DNA of 63,960 nt, counting the filler, from Octopus bimaculoides (Eukaryota): the NCBI RefSeq assembly GCF_001194135.2. It is 6 parts of 4 records of this genome, joined end to end, with 100 filler letters (N's around TTAATTAATTAA, not from the genome) between each part and the next. Parts side by side here need not be neighbours in the genome. Positions count along the whole stretch, not along the records: positions 23,932 to 44,250 come from NC_068982.1; positions 44,351 to 49,011 come from NC_068985.1; positions 49,112 to 52,248 come from NC_068982.1; 3 more parts are not named here. One strand, 5' to 3'. Shown here piece by piece: positions 37,066 through 49,793 of the stretch (the first letter of the stretch is position 1; the number at the start of each line of letters is the position of its first letter). The position numbers and the translations under genes are program-made. Under the pieces are notes generated by a model. It saw only the letters and a program-made list of their open reading frames with translations, had not been told where the DNA came from and made no database searches.

Positions 37066-39579
37066 AATTCACTACTAACATAAATGTGATTGTCTATGAG
37101 TTGTACCATTGAGATACGCAAAAATTGAAAACACATTTACAGAATATAAAACATTGGAAGCACAAGTAGAATGCGTAACTTTAACACGTTAATTCTTTGA
37201 CTTATATTGAAAATTAATAGAGAATAAGAAGAGATTAATCAAATTCAGTAAATACTGAAATTTAACTCATCAGTCTTGGAGAGGTTGTGAAGGTCATTGA
37301 ACTCAAATCATTCATCCATACTAAACCAAGAAACATAGTTTGATTCGAGGTTATCCTAGGCTTTAGACAGAACTAATATAATTGTATCTAGTCCAAAAGA
37401 AAAAAAAAGTTTAAGATAAACAAGAGAAGGGAAACGATATTTCACGTCAATGATATGACAGTATTACATTTATACGAAACAGTGAAACCTCATTCTGCAT
37501 ATCAGGAAATGAAAGTACAAGTGAGTTCGTCACCCTACCTCACTACAAAGTATATTTGGCTGCTGATCAGAGGTGGGGCCTGGCTAGACAGTAGAAGAAT
37601 TCTGCTGAATAACAGCTGTTGATTTTATCCTCACCAAATAAAACATTACCAAGTTGAATGAACTTCCCTGGTGATACATACACACATACATACATACATA
37701 CATACATACATACATACATACATACATACATACATACATACAAACGCGCGCATGCATACATACGTATAAAGATGCAGGCATGCATGCATACACGTACATA
37801 CATACATACATACATACATACATTCATACATTCATACATACATGCATACATACATATACGCGCACGCACACGTATATATAAGTGTGGGTTACAGGAAGAA
37901 ATAGATAGATGTATAGACATGCACACTACACATACGCACGCACACACACACACACGCTCATACAAACACATTAATATATACAGGCACACTTGCACTCGAT
38001 TCTAAACTTATATGTGTGTTCGTACCGAACTAAAAGAATGAGTGATCAAAACCGCATTAATGGATAAATAATTCCTTTTATTAGTGGAATGCTATGGATA
38101 CGATATCAATGTTTTCATGAGAAAATATTCACAATGATTCAATCGTTGTATGAATGGAAGCGATAGCTTTGCCATTTTATTAGACTAGGATTCATAAGAC
38201 GGCAACTACGATTGAATAATTGCGACCAAAATCGCATGAAACCATTGGCAACATATTTCTGCACTAAACTCATAAATTATATATATGCTTATGATGTGTG
38301 TGTATATACATACACACATACATGCATGAAGCAATTCTTGCTGAGCCCTAATTTTAATTAGGTATATATANNNNNNNNNNNNNNNNNNNNNNNNNNNNNN
38401 NNNNNNNNNNNNNNNNNNNNNNNNNNNNNNNNNNNNNNNNNNNNNNNNNNNNNNNNNNNNNNNNNNNNNNNNNNNNNNNNNNNNNNNNNNNNNNNNNNNN
38501 NNNNNNNNNNNNNNNNNNNNNNNNNNNNNNNNNNNNNNNNNNNNNNNNNNNNNNNNNNNNNNNNNNNNNNNNNNNNNNNNNNNNNNNNNNNNNNNNNNNN
38601 NNNNNNNNNNNNNNNNNNNNNNNNNNNNNNNNNNNNNNNNNNNNNNNNNNNNNNNNNNNNNNNNNNNNNNNNNNNNNNNNNNNNNNNNNNNNNNNNNNNN
38701 NNNNNNNNNNNNNNNNNNNNNNNNNNNNNNNNNNNNNNNNNNNNNNNNNNNNNNNNNNNNNNNNNNNNNNNNNNNNNNNNNNNNNNNNNNNNNNNNNNNN
38801 NNNNNNNNNNNNNNNNNTATATATATATATATATATATATGGGAGAGAGAGGGAGAGAAAGGTACGATCGAGTGTGTCAATGTATATTTACTAATATGTG
38901 TATGTATATCCATGCCAAGGCATATCTAAACATCTAGGCATATCTAAACATCTATCATTTTATTATTTTGCCTGTCTGAAAGACATTATCTAACCTGCGC
39001 ACCCATCCTTACAACCCTTCTTTCAAATTCTGTCTTTCATCCTGTCACCTCTTTCTTTTTTCATAACCTCCCCGTTACCTCCTAAGCCCCACGCCATTAC
39101 ACTATTTACCCACCCGTTATCTACCCGCAAACTACATGACTCACTGTTCAACCGTGTTAAAATATGCGCTCTATGTGTTTTTCTAATTAAATACTCATAA
39201 TTCTTGAGCGGTGACAAAACTGTAGCTTAACAAACCCACCCACCTACGCTACCCGTAATGACATGTACCCTGATAATCAGCTATTGTCTGAAGCGCACAG
39301 TCTCAGTCTCAAGCATATGAATGTACGCACACACATGTATACACACACAGACATACATACATAAATACATACACGCATGCACACATACATACATAAACAT
39401 ATATACATACATGCGGACTTGTGTGTGTGTGTGTGTGTGTGCGCGCGCGCGCGTATTATTGTTAGGGCTGTAAATAAATTAATAAGAACAATAGATCAAT
39501 ACATTAAATGTAGACATAAATTTACTATAAAATGGAGTTCACTGTGGCTTCAAGTGTCACCCGTTTGAAAAGCGTTTTT

Positions 39580-39880
39580 AAACAGTTGAACAATGCCTTC
39601 TGAATGAGATTAGTCAAACACCTATCATTGCCGCATTTCGTCCGTCCTTACATTCTGAGTTCAAACTCCGCTGAGATCGACTTTGCCTTTTATCCTTTCA
39701 GAGTTAATGAAATAAGGACCAGTTAAGCGCTTGGATCGACGTAATCGATTAACTTCCCGACCCGCACACACGAAGTTAAGGCCTTGCACCTGTAGTGAGC
39801 TGGTAAAATATTCAGCAAGCGGGACCAAATGATTAGCAGCATTTCTGGGTTCAAATTCCGCCGAAGTTGACTTTACCTTT
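39580..39880 (+). mobile_element. SINE family B fragments (two, adjacent)
   Basis: ttctgagttcaaactccgctgagatcgactttgcctttt... and gagctggtaaaatattcagc...ggttcaaattccgccgaagttgactttacctt. Confidence 0.75.
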
Positions 39881-39881
39881 G

Positions 39882-41235
39882 GTTACTGTTTTGAAAGTGT
39901 TTTGCGTAGGATGTGTGCAGTGCCCTGTAGTGCAATTTTCTGTATGTTATATATATTTGTAAGTCCTGGTGTTTTTGTTATGTATTTGTCTGAATATTTT
40001 TTTATTATACCTAAGGCACCTACTATAATAGGAATTGTTTCTGTTTTTTAGATTCCACATTCGAGTTACCTCTATTTCCAGGTCTTTGTATTTTGTGNNN
40101 NNNNNNNNNNNNNNNNNNNNNNNNNNNNNNNNNNNNNNNNNNNNNNNNNNNNNNNNNNNNNNNNNNNNNNNNNNNNNNNNNNNNNNNNNNNNNNNNNNNN
40201 NNNNNNNNNNNNNNNNNNNNNNNNNNNNNNNNNNNNNNNNNNNNNNNNNNNNNNNNNNNNNNNNNNNNNNNNNNNNNNNNNNNNNNNNNNNNNNNNNNNN
40301 NNNNNNNNNNNNNNNNNNNNNNNNNNNNNNNNNNNNNNNNNNNNNNNNNNNNNNNNNNNNNNNNNNNNNNNNNNNNNNNNNNNNNNNNNNNNNNNNNNNN
40401 NNNNNNNNNNNNNNNNNNNNNNNNNNNNNNNNNNNNNNNNNNNNNNNNNNNNNNNNNNNNNNNNNNNNNNNNNNNNNNNNNNNNNNNNNNNNNNNNNNNN
40501 NNNNNNNNNNNNNNNNNNNNNNNNNNNNNNNNNNNNNNNNNNNNNNNNNNNNNNNNNNNNNNNNNNNNNNNNNNNNNNNNNNNNNNNNNNNNNNNNNNNN
40601 NNNNNNNNNNNNNNNNNNNNNNNNNNNNNNNNNNNNNNNNNNNNNNNNNNNNNNNNNNNNNNNNNNNNNNNNNNNNNNNNNNNNNNNNNNNNNNNNNNNN
40701 NNNNNNNNNNNNNNNNNNNNNNNNNNNNNNNNNNNNNNNNNNNNNNNNNNNNNNNNNNNNNNNNNNNNNNNNNNNNNNNNNNNNNNNNNNNNNNNNNNNN
40801 NNNNNNNNNNNNNNNNNNNNNNNNNNNNNNNNNNNNNNNNNNNNNNNNNNNNNNNNNNNNNNNNNNNNNNNNNNNNNNNNNNNNNNNNNNNNNNNNNNNN
40901 NNNNNNNNNNNNNNNNNNNNNNNNNNNNNNNNNNNNNNNNNNNNNNNNNNNNNNNNNNNNNNNNNNNNNNNNNNNNGTTGACTTTACCTTTGGTTACTGT
41001 TTTGAAAGTGTTTTGCGTAGGATGTGTGCAGTGCCCTGTAGTGCAATTTTCTGTATGTTATATATATTTGTAAGTCCTGGTGTTTTTGTTATGTATTTGT
41101 CTGAATATTTTTTTATTATACCTAAGGCACCTACTATAATAGGAATTGTTTCTGTTTTTTAGATTCCACATTCGAGTTACCTCTATTTCCAGGTCTTTGT
41201 ATTTTGTGTTTTTAGATTCCACATTCGAGTTACCT
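39882..41235 (-). mobile_element. R4-like family 2 3' coding fragment, duplicated on both sides of an N-gap
   Basis: Reverse complement encodes KYKDLEIEVTRMWNLKTETIPIIVGALGIIKK...LRKTLSKQ; 39866-40097 is repeated at 40977-41208. Confidence 0.85.
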
Positions 41236-41790
41236 AGTGAGAGAGCAGTGCATGTCATCAAAGTGACACTGGGGTAAAATATACGAAGTCCAGTATACCC
41301 ATCATGACTCTCCGTCTGATAAGGGTACACCATGCACATGCATCATAACCATGTGTGTGCGATATGATGATTTCATATGAAGATAATCAGCGCATGATCT
41401 TGCAAGGGAGGCTCAGTTAGAATTTTCTTCAGGTCGAGTAGCCCATCCTGCTCAAAAGGTCCCTGAATAAGGGTTGTTTAAGGATGTTGAATGAAACACT
41501 CTTGTTTTCAAAAGTGAATTATTCAAACCCCAAAGAATTCCCCTCAACACATGGCTATGATGGTCCCCCACTACTTCTGCTCATGATCAGCTATGCACAT
41601 ATCGCCAGCTACCAAGAGACATGCTCAACTGATTATGGTCAAGCAACTGACATGCAAATTTGTGGTATTGAGCAGAATATTTGCTGTAGCCCATCTTTTA
41701 CACCAAGACAAAGCGTGTACATGATAACACTTCCAATCTTTTAAGATAAGAAGCCATGAGAACCAGTGCCTAGTATTGCATCAGGTCACA
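41236..41790. repeat. Probable interspersed repeat, class undetermined
   Basis: Non-coding, higher-complexity block between LINE and SINE fragments; resembles a recurrent octopus repeat from memory only and has no second copy in this window. Confidence 0.35.
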
Positions 41791-42000
41791 AAGGTGACGA
41801 GCTGGCAGAATCGTTAGCACGCCGGGTGAAATGCTTTGAAGTATTTCGTCCGTCTTTATGTTCAGGGTTCAAATTCCACCGAGAACGACTTTGCCTTTCT
41901 TCCTATTTTGGGGGTCGTTAAATTAATCGACTATCCCGATTAATTTAACGATTATTAATCGACTATCCCCCTCCCCACATATTCCAGATCTTGTGCTTAT
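41790..42000 (+). mobile_element. tRNA-derived SINE, family B
   Basis: ggtgacgagctggcagaatcgttagcacgccgg...gggttcaaattccaccgagaacgactttgccttt. Confidence 0.85.
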
Positions 42001-43154
42001 AGTAGAAAATACTTTTATTTTATCGACTTTTGAAGGGTGAAATATTTTACATCGGCTGTATTTGAAGTCAGAATATGAAAAGCTGTAAACAAAAATACAC
42101 CAAAGCATTTTCTTGATGCTCTAAAGATTCTGTAATCCACCACCCGCCATAATAATATTAATTATTATTATAAACCCAAATATACGTGGCAAGCCAATAT
42201 TGACATATGCTTTGAATGCCGATGTGACAGCTCTAACTTAGCATGACGAAACACAAAAGTTGTTATCAAAACTAGCTGCTAAGTTATTCGCCTTGGTTTT
42301 GCAAAACATTTGGCATATTTATCCAATATTTTCAATAAGTCTATCTTGCTCACTTTGCTTTTTTTTTTTTTGTTATTTTTCAAAGGAGGAAAAGATACTA
42401 AACACACATAGATCGCCGAATTCACTTAATATTTATAACCATGTTTATAGTTTGGGTCTAAAATCGTTTCTTTTCTGTATACAAAAAGGATCTCACTGCT
42501 GATGAGTCGTAGTAATGTTTTATTTTATTTAGATTCATAAATGCTGGAATGAAACTTGCTTTGGGGTGCAAACATAGTATTTCAGGAGGATGTTCAAAGC
42601 GCTTTCACTGCCTCCAAGTAAATTTAGGAGTGGGGTACACCTCCCCTACCCCCGATCCCAAGCCTCTTTTATATCACACACATAGAATAATAGACTACGT
42701 CGTTGATGCGTAGGGTGAAATCCGTAGGGCTATTATTCTCGAGATCTGACTTCAAATCCTATCGAGGTCAATAAATAACATATTAGTTCAGAGTGGAAGA
42801 CCGACGGTATTGTTAAAAAGTCGGCCAGTCAAATGCTTTGTGGTATTTAACTCCAGCTCTTTAGTAGGGTGAAAGACTTAAGCTTCTGGCTAGTTTAGCC
42901 CCATCGTCTGATCCTTCGCTGCCACTCTGTTGCGGAAATTTGGCTAACTTGCTTCGTCCAACCACACACAATGGTCTACAAAGAAAAGGGATCATGTGCA
43001 TTGCTGGTTCACCCTTGAAAAATGTGAAAAGATTAATTCATTAGTCAGCCTCCAGCATAGTAACTGTTCTATTAATGACTGAAGTATTATTGTTTGATTC
43101 AATGTTTATGGTAATTTTTAAAATGAAGGTTATTATTATAAACTAGGATATACA

Positions 43155-43221
43155 TATGGCGTGGTGGATAGTAACCCCAAGATTCCGTGTTCGATTCCAG
43201 GCAGTGACCTGAATAAAAATG

Positions 43222-43319
<98 letters not shown>

Positions 43320-43510
43320 AAGAAGAAGAAGAAGAAGAAGAAGAAGAAGAAGAAGAACCCAGGTTCGAAATTTCCTCAAGACACCTGATGAAGGCTGGAG
43401 GGTATATCAGCCGAAACGGCGTGTTAACAACAAAGATGAGGACAAATATCCGCCAATTGTAAAAAATGTAAATAATGTACATAATTCCTCTCATCTCTTA
43501 AATATAGAAC
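43155..43510 (+). mobile_element. Solo tRNA-like + (AAT)n(AAG)n + hammerhead module
   Basis: Same parts in the same order as 13706-14010: B box GTTCGATTCCAGGCAGTG, microsatellite, HHR, AGATGAGGA...TCCTC(TC)ATCT hairpin, aatatagaac end. Confidence 0.85.
43380..43425 (+). ncRNA. Type I minimal hammerhead motif with U16.1-to-G substitution
   Basis: GACAC CTGATGA A GGCTG-N10-CAGCC GAA ACGG C GTGTT; stem I GACAC/GTGTT is intact. Confidence 0.75.
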
Positions 43511-43625
43511 TATATATATATAAAGTGAAGTATATTTGCCACTTAAATGTGGCTGACCCCGAGGGGTTCAGAGATTTAACATATATATATATATATATAC
43601 ATACATACATACATACATACATACA

Positions 43626-43657
<32 letters not shown>

Positions 43658-43753
43658 CATACATATATAACATTACTCGATATGACTTCAGGTACTGTAA
43701 GTAGATGTTTTAAGCTTTCTCAATTTTTATATTATTTTAATCGATTTATTTGT

Positions 43754-43837
43754 ATCTCTGATGAGAGAAATGCGACTATTTGTATCGGCTGGAAAACTCG
43801 CCCAGAACAAACGCATTCCTCGAAACGATCGTAAGGT
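43754..43837 (+). ncRNA. Apparently intact type I hammerhead ribozyme with extended stem II
   Basis: ATCT CTGATGA GAGAAATGCG...CGCATTCCTC GAA ACGATCGT A AGGT: 9/10-bp stem II, inner TTTGT/ACAAA and CTGG/CCAG pairings, 8-nt palindrome, GUA cleavage triplet. Confidence 0.85.
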
Positions 43838-43894
43838 TTTGTTCTACTGCGCTTGAAACCTAACATCTCGAATAATTTTTTTATGCATTTTGTT

Positions 43895-44220
43895 GTTGTT
43901 GGCACTCCGTCGCTTACGACGACGAGGGTTCCAGTTGATCCGATCAATGGAACAGCCTGCTCGTAAAATTAACGTGCAAGTGGCTGAGCACACCACAGAC
44001 ACGTGTACCCTTAACGTAGTTCTCGGGGATATTCAGCGTGACATAGAGTGTGACAAAGCTCGTCCTTTGAATTACAGGCACAACAGAAACAGGAATTAAG
44101 AGTGAGAGAAAGTTGTGGTGAAAGAGTACGGCAGGTTTCACCACCATACCCTGCCGGAGCCTCGTGGGGCTTTAGGTGTTTTCGCCCAATAAACACCCAC
44201 ATCGTCCGGTCTGGGAAATG
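43895..44220 (-). mobile_element. tRNA-derived SINE, family C
   Basis: Reverse complement of the 57108-57418 element. Confidence 0.85.
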
Positions 44221-44376
44221 TATTTTGTATACCAATAACAAATAAACTTANNNNNNNNNNNNNNNNNNNNNNNNNNNNNNNNNNNNNNNNNNNNTTAATT
44301 AATTAANNNNNNNNNNNNNNNNNNNNNNNNNNNNNNNNNNNNNNNNNNNNAAGCAACAAAAAATCAATAGGTTATA

Positions 44377-44464
44377 GCAGTACGTACGTTTCGTACAAGC
44401 TCCATTTATTCATGTAGTGAGAACACCACATATAATTTACAATGAAAATGTACTCCTCAGCTGC
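44377..44464 (-). ncRNA. Apparently intact type I hammerhead ribozyme with extended stem II
   Basis: GCAG CTGAGGA GTACA...TGTAC GAA ACGTACGT A CTGC; inner hairpin ATGTGGTG/CACTACAT. Confidence 0.88.
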
Positions 44465-45298
44465 ATAATGGAATTTCATTTTAGAAAGTCATTTTGAAGA
44501 TGTTTGCAAAAAACAAGAGTAAGAGAAGAAAACATGCCATCTCGACTATGCTGCTGTTTAACAGACTAGTGAATCAAACAAGAATTTAAAATCTAATTGG
44601 AGGGATAGTAGTAATTTAGAGGAAGATAGATTAAGTACTGATAGACAGCAGGTTAGGGGTAAATCAAGCATGAGGGAAAAAAAAAAGGAAATGGAAGGAC
44701 AATACCCTAAGGAGTGGTAAGAATTTTGAAAAAAATTAAGGTAAGGGAATTAAGGTCAAGGTATTAAAGAAATATATCCGTTCTACAGTATAATTTCTTT
44801 CTGTTCAGGTTTTGGCCATTAATATTATTGTTTTACTCATAAATAATACTACCCCACATTAATGTATATTTTATTTTAACTAGATATGTTTATCTTGTTC
44901 TAATTATTATTGTTCCCTATAGTTTTAAACTTAGTAATTTAGTGTTTCACTGTATTATTCTTATTATACTGTAGAATAGATATATTTCTTTAATACCTTG
45001 ACCTTAATTCCCTTACCTAAAATGTTTTCCAAATTCTTACCACTCCTTAGGGTATTGTCCTTCCATTTCCATTTTTTCCCCCTCATGCTTGATTTACCCC
45101 TAACCTGCGGTCCATCACTACTTAATCTATCTTCCTCTAAATTTGAAATTACTACTATCCCTCCAATTAGATTTTAAATTCTTGTTTGATTCACTAGTCT
45201 GTTAAACAGCAGCATAGTCGAGATGGTATGTTTTCTTCTCCTACTCTTGTTTTTTGCAAACATCTTCAAAATGACTTTCTAAAATGAAATTCCATTAT

Positions 45299-45386
45299 GC
45301 AGCTGAGGAGTACATTTTCATTGTAAATTCTATGTGGTGTTCTCACTACATGAATAAATGGAGCTTGCACGAAACGTACGTATTGC
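45299..45386 (+). ncRNA. Partner hammerhead (stem II mismatch, stem I wobble)
   Basis: GCAG CTGAGGA GTACA...TGCAC GAA ACGTACGT A TTGC. Confidence 0.8.
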
Positions 45387-45719
45387 TATAACCTATTGAA
45401 TTTTTGTTGCTTAACTTCAAATTTTATTCACCAAATCTCTTAATTTTGTTTTTGGTTTTTACCCTNNNNNNNNNNNNNNNNNNNNNNNNNNNNNNNNNNN
45501 NNNNNNNNNNNNNNNNNNNNNNNNNNNNNNNNNNNNNNNNNNNNNNNNNNNNNNNNNNNNNNNNNNNNNNNNNNNNNNNNNNNNNNNNNNNNNNNNNNNN
45601 NNNNNNNNNNNNNNNNNNNNNNNNNNNNNNNNNNNNNNNNNNNNNNNNNNNNNNNNNNNNNNNNNNNNNNNNNNNNNNNNNNNNNNNNNNNNNNNNNNNN
45701 NNNNNNNNNNNNNNNCTAG

Positions 45720-48090
45720 GGCACCACCGTTTTGCTACACTGTTATTATTGAGAGCCTCCTCTACTATGTGGCATTTGGTGAATAAATGAATTTGATGTC
45801 GCTACTCCCTTTTGCACCTCTTGCTACGAGGTAGGTTCATCTGGGACTCTCGACAGGAAGAGGTCCAGTTTTGATTTGAAAACACCTACATCCACTTTGT
45901 GTAGATCCCTCAGACTCTTTGGGAGAATATTAAAAAGCTGTGGGCCCCTGAAACCCAGGCTGTTGCAGTAACTGGTTCTGAGGCGCGATGGCATTGTTGG
46001 GATCTTTGGCACTGTGCAGTGGCGACCCGTTCTAGCAATGGTGTAGCTTTCAATGCCAAAATGAGGCACAATTCCTTGCAGGATCTTCCAGATGCATATT
46101 ACTGCATAACCCGCCTCCCTTCGCTCCAGGGAGTAGAGTATTAACTGATTCAGCCTTTCCAAGTAACTGAGCAGTTGCAACGAGACGATCTTCTTTGTGA
46201 AACTTTGCTGGATTGCTTCAAGGTCCACTGTTAATTTTACTCTCTTGGTTAACCATACCTGGGAATAGCAGTCCAGGTGTCTGAGGACGAATGTCCTCCA
46301 GCGAACCATCATGGTTTCCTTCTCTCTGGTTCTGAACGTTCTCAGGATTCATCCAGCCAGTCGTATGCACTTTGTGGTCATCCTGGTAATGTGCACTTAG
46401 AAAGAGGTATCATCACTCATGTCGATACCCAGGTCCCCTCACTGATTTAAGCTCTGAGATTGTAATCCTCTGTGGACCAGTGTACCCTGCAAATTTTATA
46501 TTCAGTTTTGGACGCTGGTAGAGCAAGGCTTGAAAATTTTCAGCATTGAACTGCATATTAATGTCCTCAGCCTATCTTTAAATTGAGTCCAACTCCTACT
46601 GCAGGTGTGCAACATTGCTGGTGTTCTGTATTTACTGCGAGACTTTCGTATCGTCTGTATAGCTAGTAAGGGTGGTTATCCGGGCAGCTGAGGGCATATC
46701 TGAGAGGGCTACTATGAAAATCAGTGGTCCCAAGACAGTGCCCTGCGGAACACCGCTCTATTTTTGTTTTCTTTGAGGTGGCTCCATTGGCCACTACTGC
46801 CTGACTTCTACCTTTCAGAAAGTCATGTAACCACTCTCCAAGTTTTCCAGCTATGCCTGGATCATGCAATTTGTGGCATGTCACACCATGATCCACTTTA
46901 TCAAAATATTTTGCAAAGTCAGGGTATATCGTGTCCACATTTGAGTTGTTAAGCAATTGCCTCAACACCCAGTCATAGTGCTGTAAGAGCTGGGTCAGGC
47001 AGCTCCTACCTGGTCGAAAGCCATGCTGGGTATCATTCAGAAAGTTATTTTCTTCAAGGAATGCGATTAGTTTCTCTCTGACTATCTGTTCTATGACTTT
47101 GCTGATGTGTGAAGTCAGAGAGATATGCCGATAGTTTTTGGCATCTGCTCTGCTGCTTCCTTTAAGGATTGGGCATATTATTCCCTCCTTCAGTTTGCTT
47201 GGTAGCCTGCCATTTGCAAGAAAGCTCTGGATGAGAATCTGTAGAGGCTTCGCCAGGGCATGCCTACATGATTTGAGGAGGATTTCTGGCAAACCATCAG
47301 GACCAGCAGTTGAGTTTGCGTTCACCTCATCTATCGCTAGTAGTATATCTTCTCCGCTAATGTCGATGTAATCCACATCATAACTGCCTCGCTGATTGTA
47401 GGAGAGGCGGCAAAAAATTTACTGGTTCGTTCACTTGTCTGTGTTCCAATGGGGTGGTAAAGACACTTTTGAACTGGTCATTCAGTACCTCACTGATCCT
47501 GGTTGGACTATCTGTGAGGGAGCCATCCTTTTGGAAGATGGGTGCTATTTTGCAGCGTACTGATGCTGTTTCTTTGGCATAATGAAAGAAGGCTTTTGGG
47601 TTTGACGTAATGTTTTTTATTACCCATGCTTCTTTGTCAGCTCTCTCTCTCTCTGACATAGGATTGTAGCAGGCTTTTTTCAATCTCCATCAGTATTGTT
47701 TTAAGACAGGGACTTTCACTGCTTTTGGAATGTTGGTTGAAGCAATTTGCAACATTCGTTCGTTTTCTCATGGAGATCTTCATCTCCCTTGGAATCTTTT
47801 TCCTTTTTGTGTTGGACTTGTGCTCTGAGACATATTTCTGGCATATGGTTTGCATAACAGACATGAAATATTCTAGTTTCATGCCAATATCTGGTGTGCA
47901 GAGACATTTCGGCCAGTCCTGTCTAAGGATCTCTTTTTGAATCGATTTCCAGTCTGCTTTGTAGAAGTTCAGATCGGAGAGATTTTGGGTGCTTCCTTTT
48001 GGCTGTATGTCTCTGGCTACTTTTGGTCCATACATAGACAGCTCTATTATGTTGTGATCCGAAAGTATTAAGTTTGTTTACATATGACGT
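45720..48090 (-). mobile_element. CR1-like LINE, 5'-truncated and frameshifted (end of APE, RT, C-terminus)
   Basis: ILSDHNIIEL (APE end); TAGPDGLP; KNYRHISLTSHISKVIE; QHGFRPGRSCLTQLL; YPDFAKYFDKVDH; YSLERR; GPQLFNILP...FKSKLDLFL. Confidence 0.93.
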
Positions 48091-48565
48091 AATTTATATT
48101 CCATCTAGCGTTTCTAGAATTTATAAAGTCTAAATTGCAGAAGAATTTGTCAGTAAAGCAGTTTAGCTTACATGGTACAGCACTTTGAGCGGAAATTGAA
48201 GGGATGTAAGTTTGAGTGTCATGGCTGCTTGTTGACATCCTTCTCTGTTTTGATTTTATCCTATATATGCTGTTCTATCAGTACTTACGCGTTAAAAATA
48301 TATATCTTTCTACTTAGTTATTTTAGTATTACTTGCAAAAATATCATTAATTATCACAATGATTGTTAACTAATATAATTACTATAGATGATAGATTTAA
48401 ATAATTTAAAAGTACATTTAATCAAATGTGGACATCTCATAGCCTGTTCCTGTCTAGTGTTTATGATAGTATATTTTGAAAGGAAAATTTGGTACATTTG
48501 ACCCACACAAAAGTGTCTCTCTCTATATATATCCTTCAGTATGATATACACTTATCTTTACATAT

Positions 48566-48995
48566 GTAGGTGTGGCAGTGTGGTAAAAAATTTCCTTCCC
48601 TGTCACATGGTTCCGGGTACAGCCCCACTGTGTGATAACTTGGGGAAGTGTCTTGGGCCGACCAAAGCCTTGTGAGTAGATCTGGTAGACGGAAACTGAA
48701 AGAGTCACGTCGTGTGTGTGTATATATATGTATATATATATATATATATACATGTATACGCGCGTGCTTGTGTGTGTGCTTATGCGTGCCTATGTAACTT
48801 TGTTTGTCCCCACCAACATTTGGTGTGTTTACATATCCGTAACTTAGTGGGTGGTTCGGCAAAAGAAACTGGTAGAAAAAGAACCAGGCTTAGAAAAAAA
48901 CAAAAAAAAAACAAATACTGTGGTCGATTCAATCGACTTAATAATTTTCCTAGGTGGTGCCTCAACATGTCTGCAGTCTAATGACTGAAACAAGA
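48566..48995 (+). mobile_element. tRNA-derived SINE, family A
   Basis: gtaggtgtggcagtgtggtaa...gccgaccaaagccttgtgagtagatctggtagacggaaactgaaag...gtctaatgactgaaac. Confidence 0.85.
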
Positions 48996-49442
48996 TAAAT
49001 AAATTGCATATNNNNNNNNNNNNNNNNNNNNNNNNNNNNNNNNNNNNNNNNNNNNTTAATTAATTAANNNNNNNNNNNNNNNNNNNNNNNNNNNNNNNNN
49101 NNNNNNNNNNNTATATGTTTATATATATCCTCCCACATAACCAATGGGGTTTTTTTTAAATGCTGTGAAAAAATTGAAGTAATCGAAACGTTTTATGCGT
49201 TACCAATCGATATATCAATATAACGATATATCGAGAAATTGATTTATTGATATATTGATTCTATCGATCGTGTGTATCGATCAGACGACATCAGGCATTT
49301 CCACTTGTTCGATGTAGTTGACCTGAAACCGAAATTACACACACGCACACTGACACAAATACATGTATATACATATGCATACACACGCGTACGTACATAC
49401 ATATATGTGTATATACATGTGTATATACTTCCATAGATATAG

Positions 49443-49482
<40 letters not shown>

Positions 49483-49492
49483 NNNNNNNNNN

Positions 49493-49529
<37 letters not shown>

Positions 49530-49718
49530 TGTATATGTCATGATTTCCGTTTGTTTTTTTATTTAATCCTGAGAAAAAATATATACACTAAAACCAAATT
49601 AGAATATGATTTGGGAAGATAAACTTTAATAATTACATATACTGACGCGTTTACAGACATACACAAAAATATATACATACATATATACATATATAATATC
49701 TGTACACATACATACATA

Positions 49719-49793
<75 letters not shown>

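Larger units (their letters stand above)
44351..45412. mobile_element. Long high-identity inverted repeat (arms 44351-44793 and 44964-45412), probable inverted PLE pLTR pair
   Basis: The arms are reverse complements at roughly 90-95% identity by eye, around a ~170 bp AT-rich spacer; each arm ends in a hammerhead motif. Confidence 0.92.

Noticed and set aside
39866-41208. Direct duplication of ~230 bp on both sides of a gap
   Set aside because: Near-identical contig-end overlap; probably an unmerged assembly overlap rather than a tandem duplication.
42960-43080. Penelope EN remnant upstream of the solo tRNA/hammerhead module (KEKG..H..W)
   Set aside because: Similarity is limited to a few residues and needs a frameshift; too weak to call.
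49160-49195. CTGTGA...AATCGAAACGTT as a hammerhead
   Set aside because: The core is incomplete and the stems are weak.
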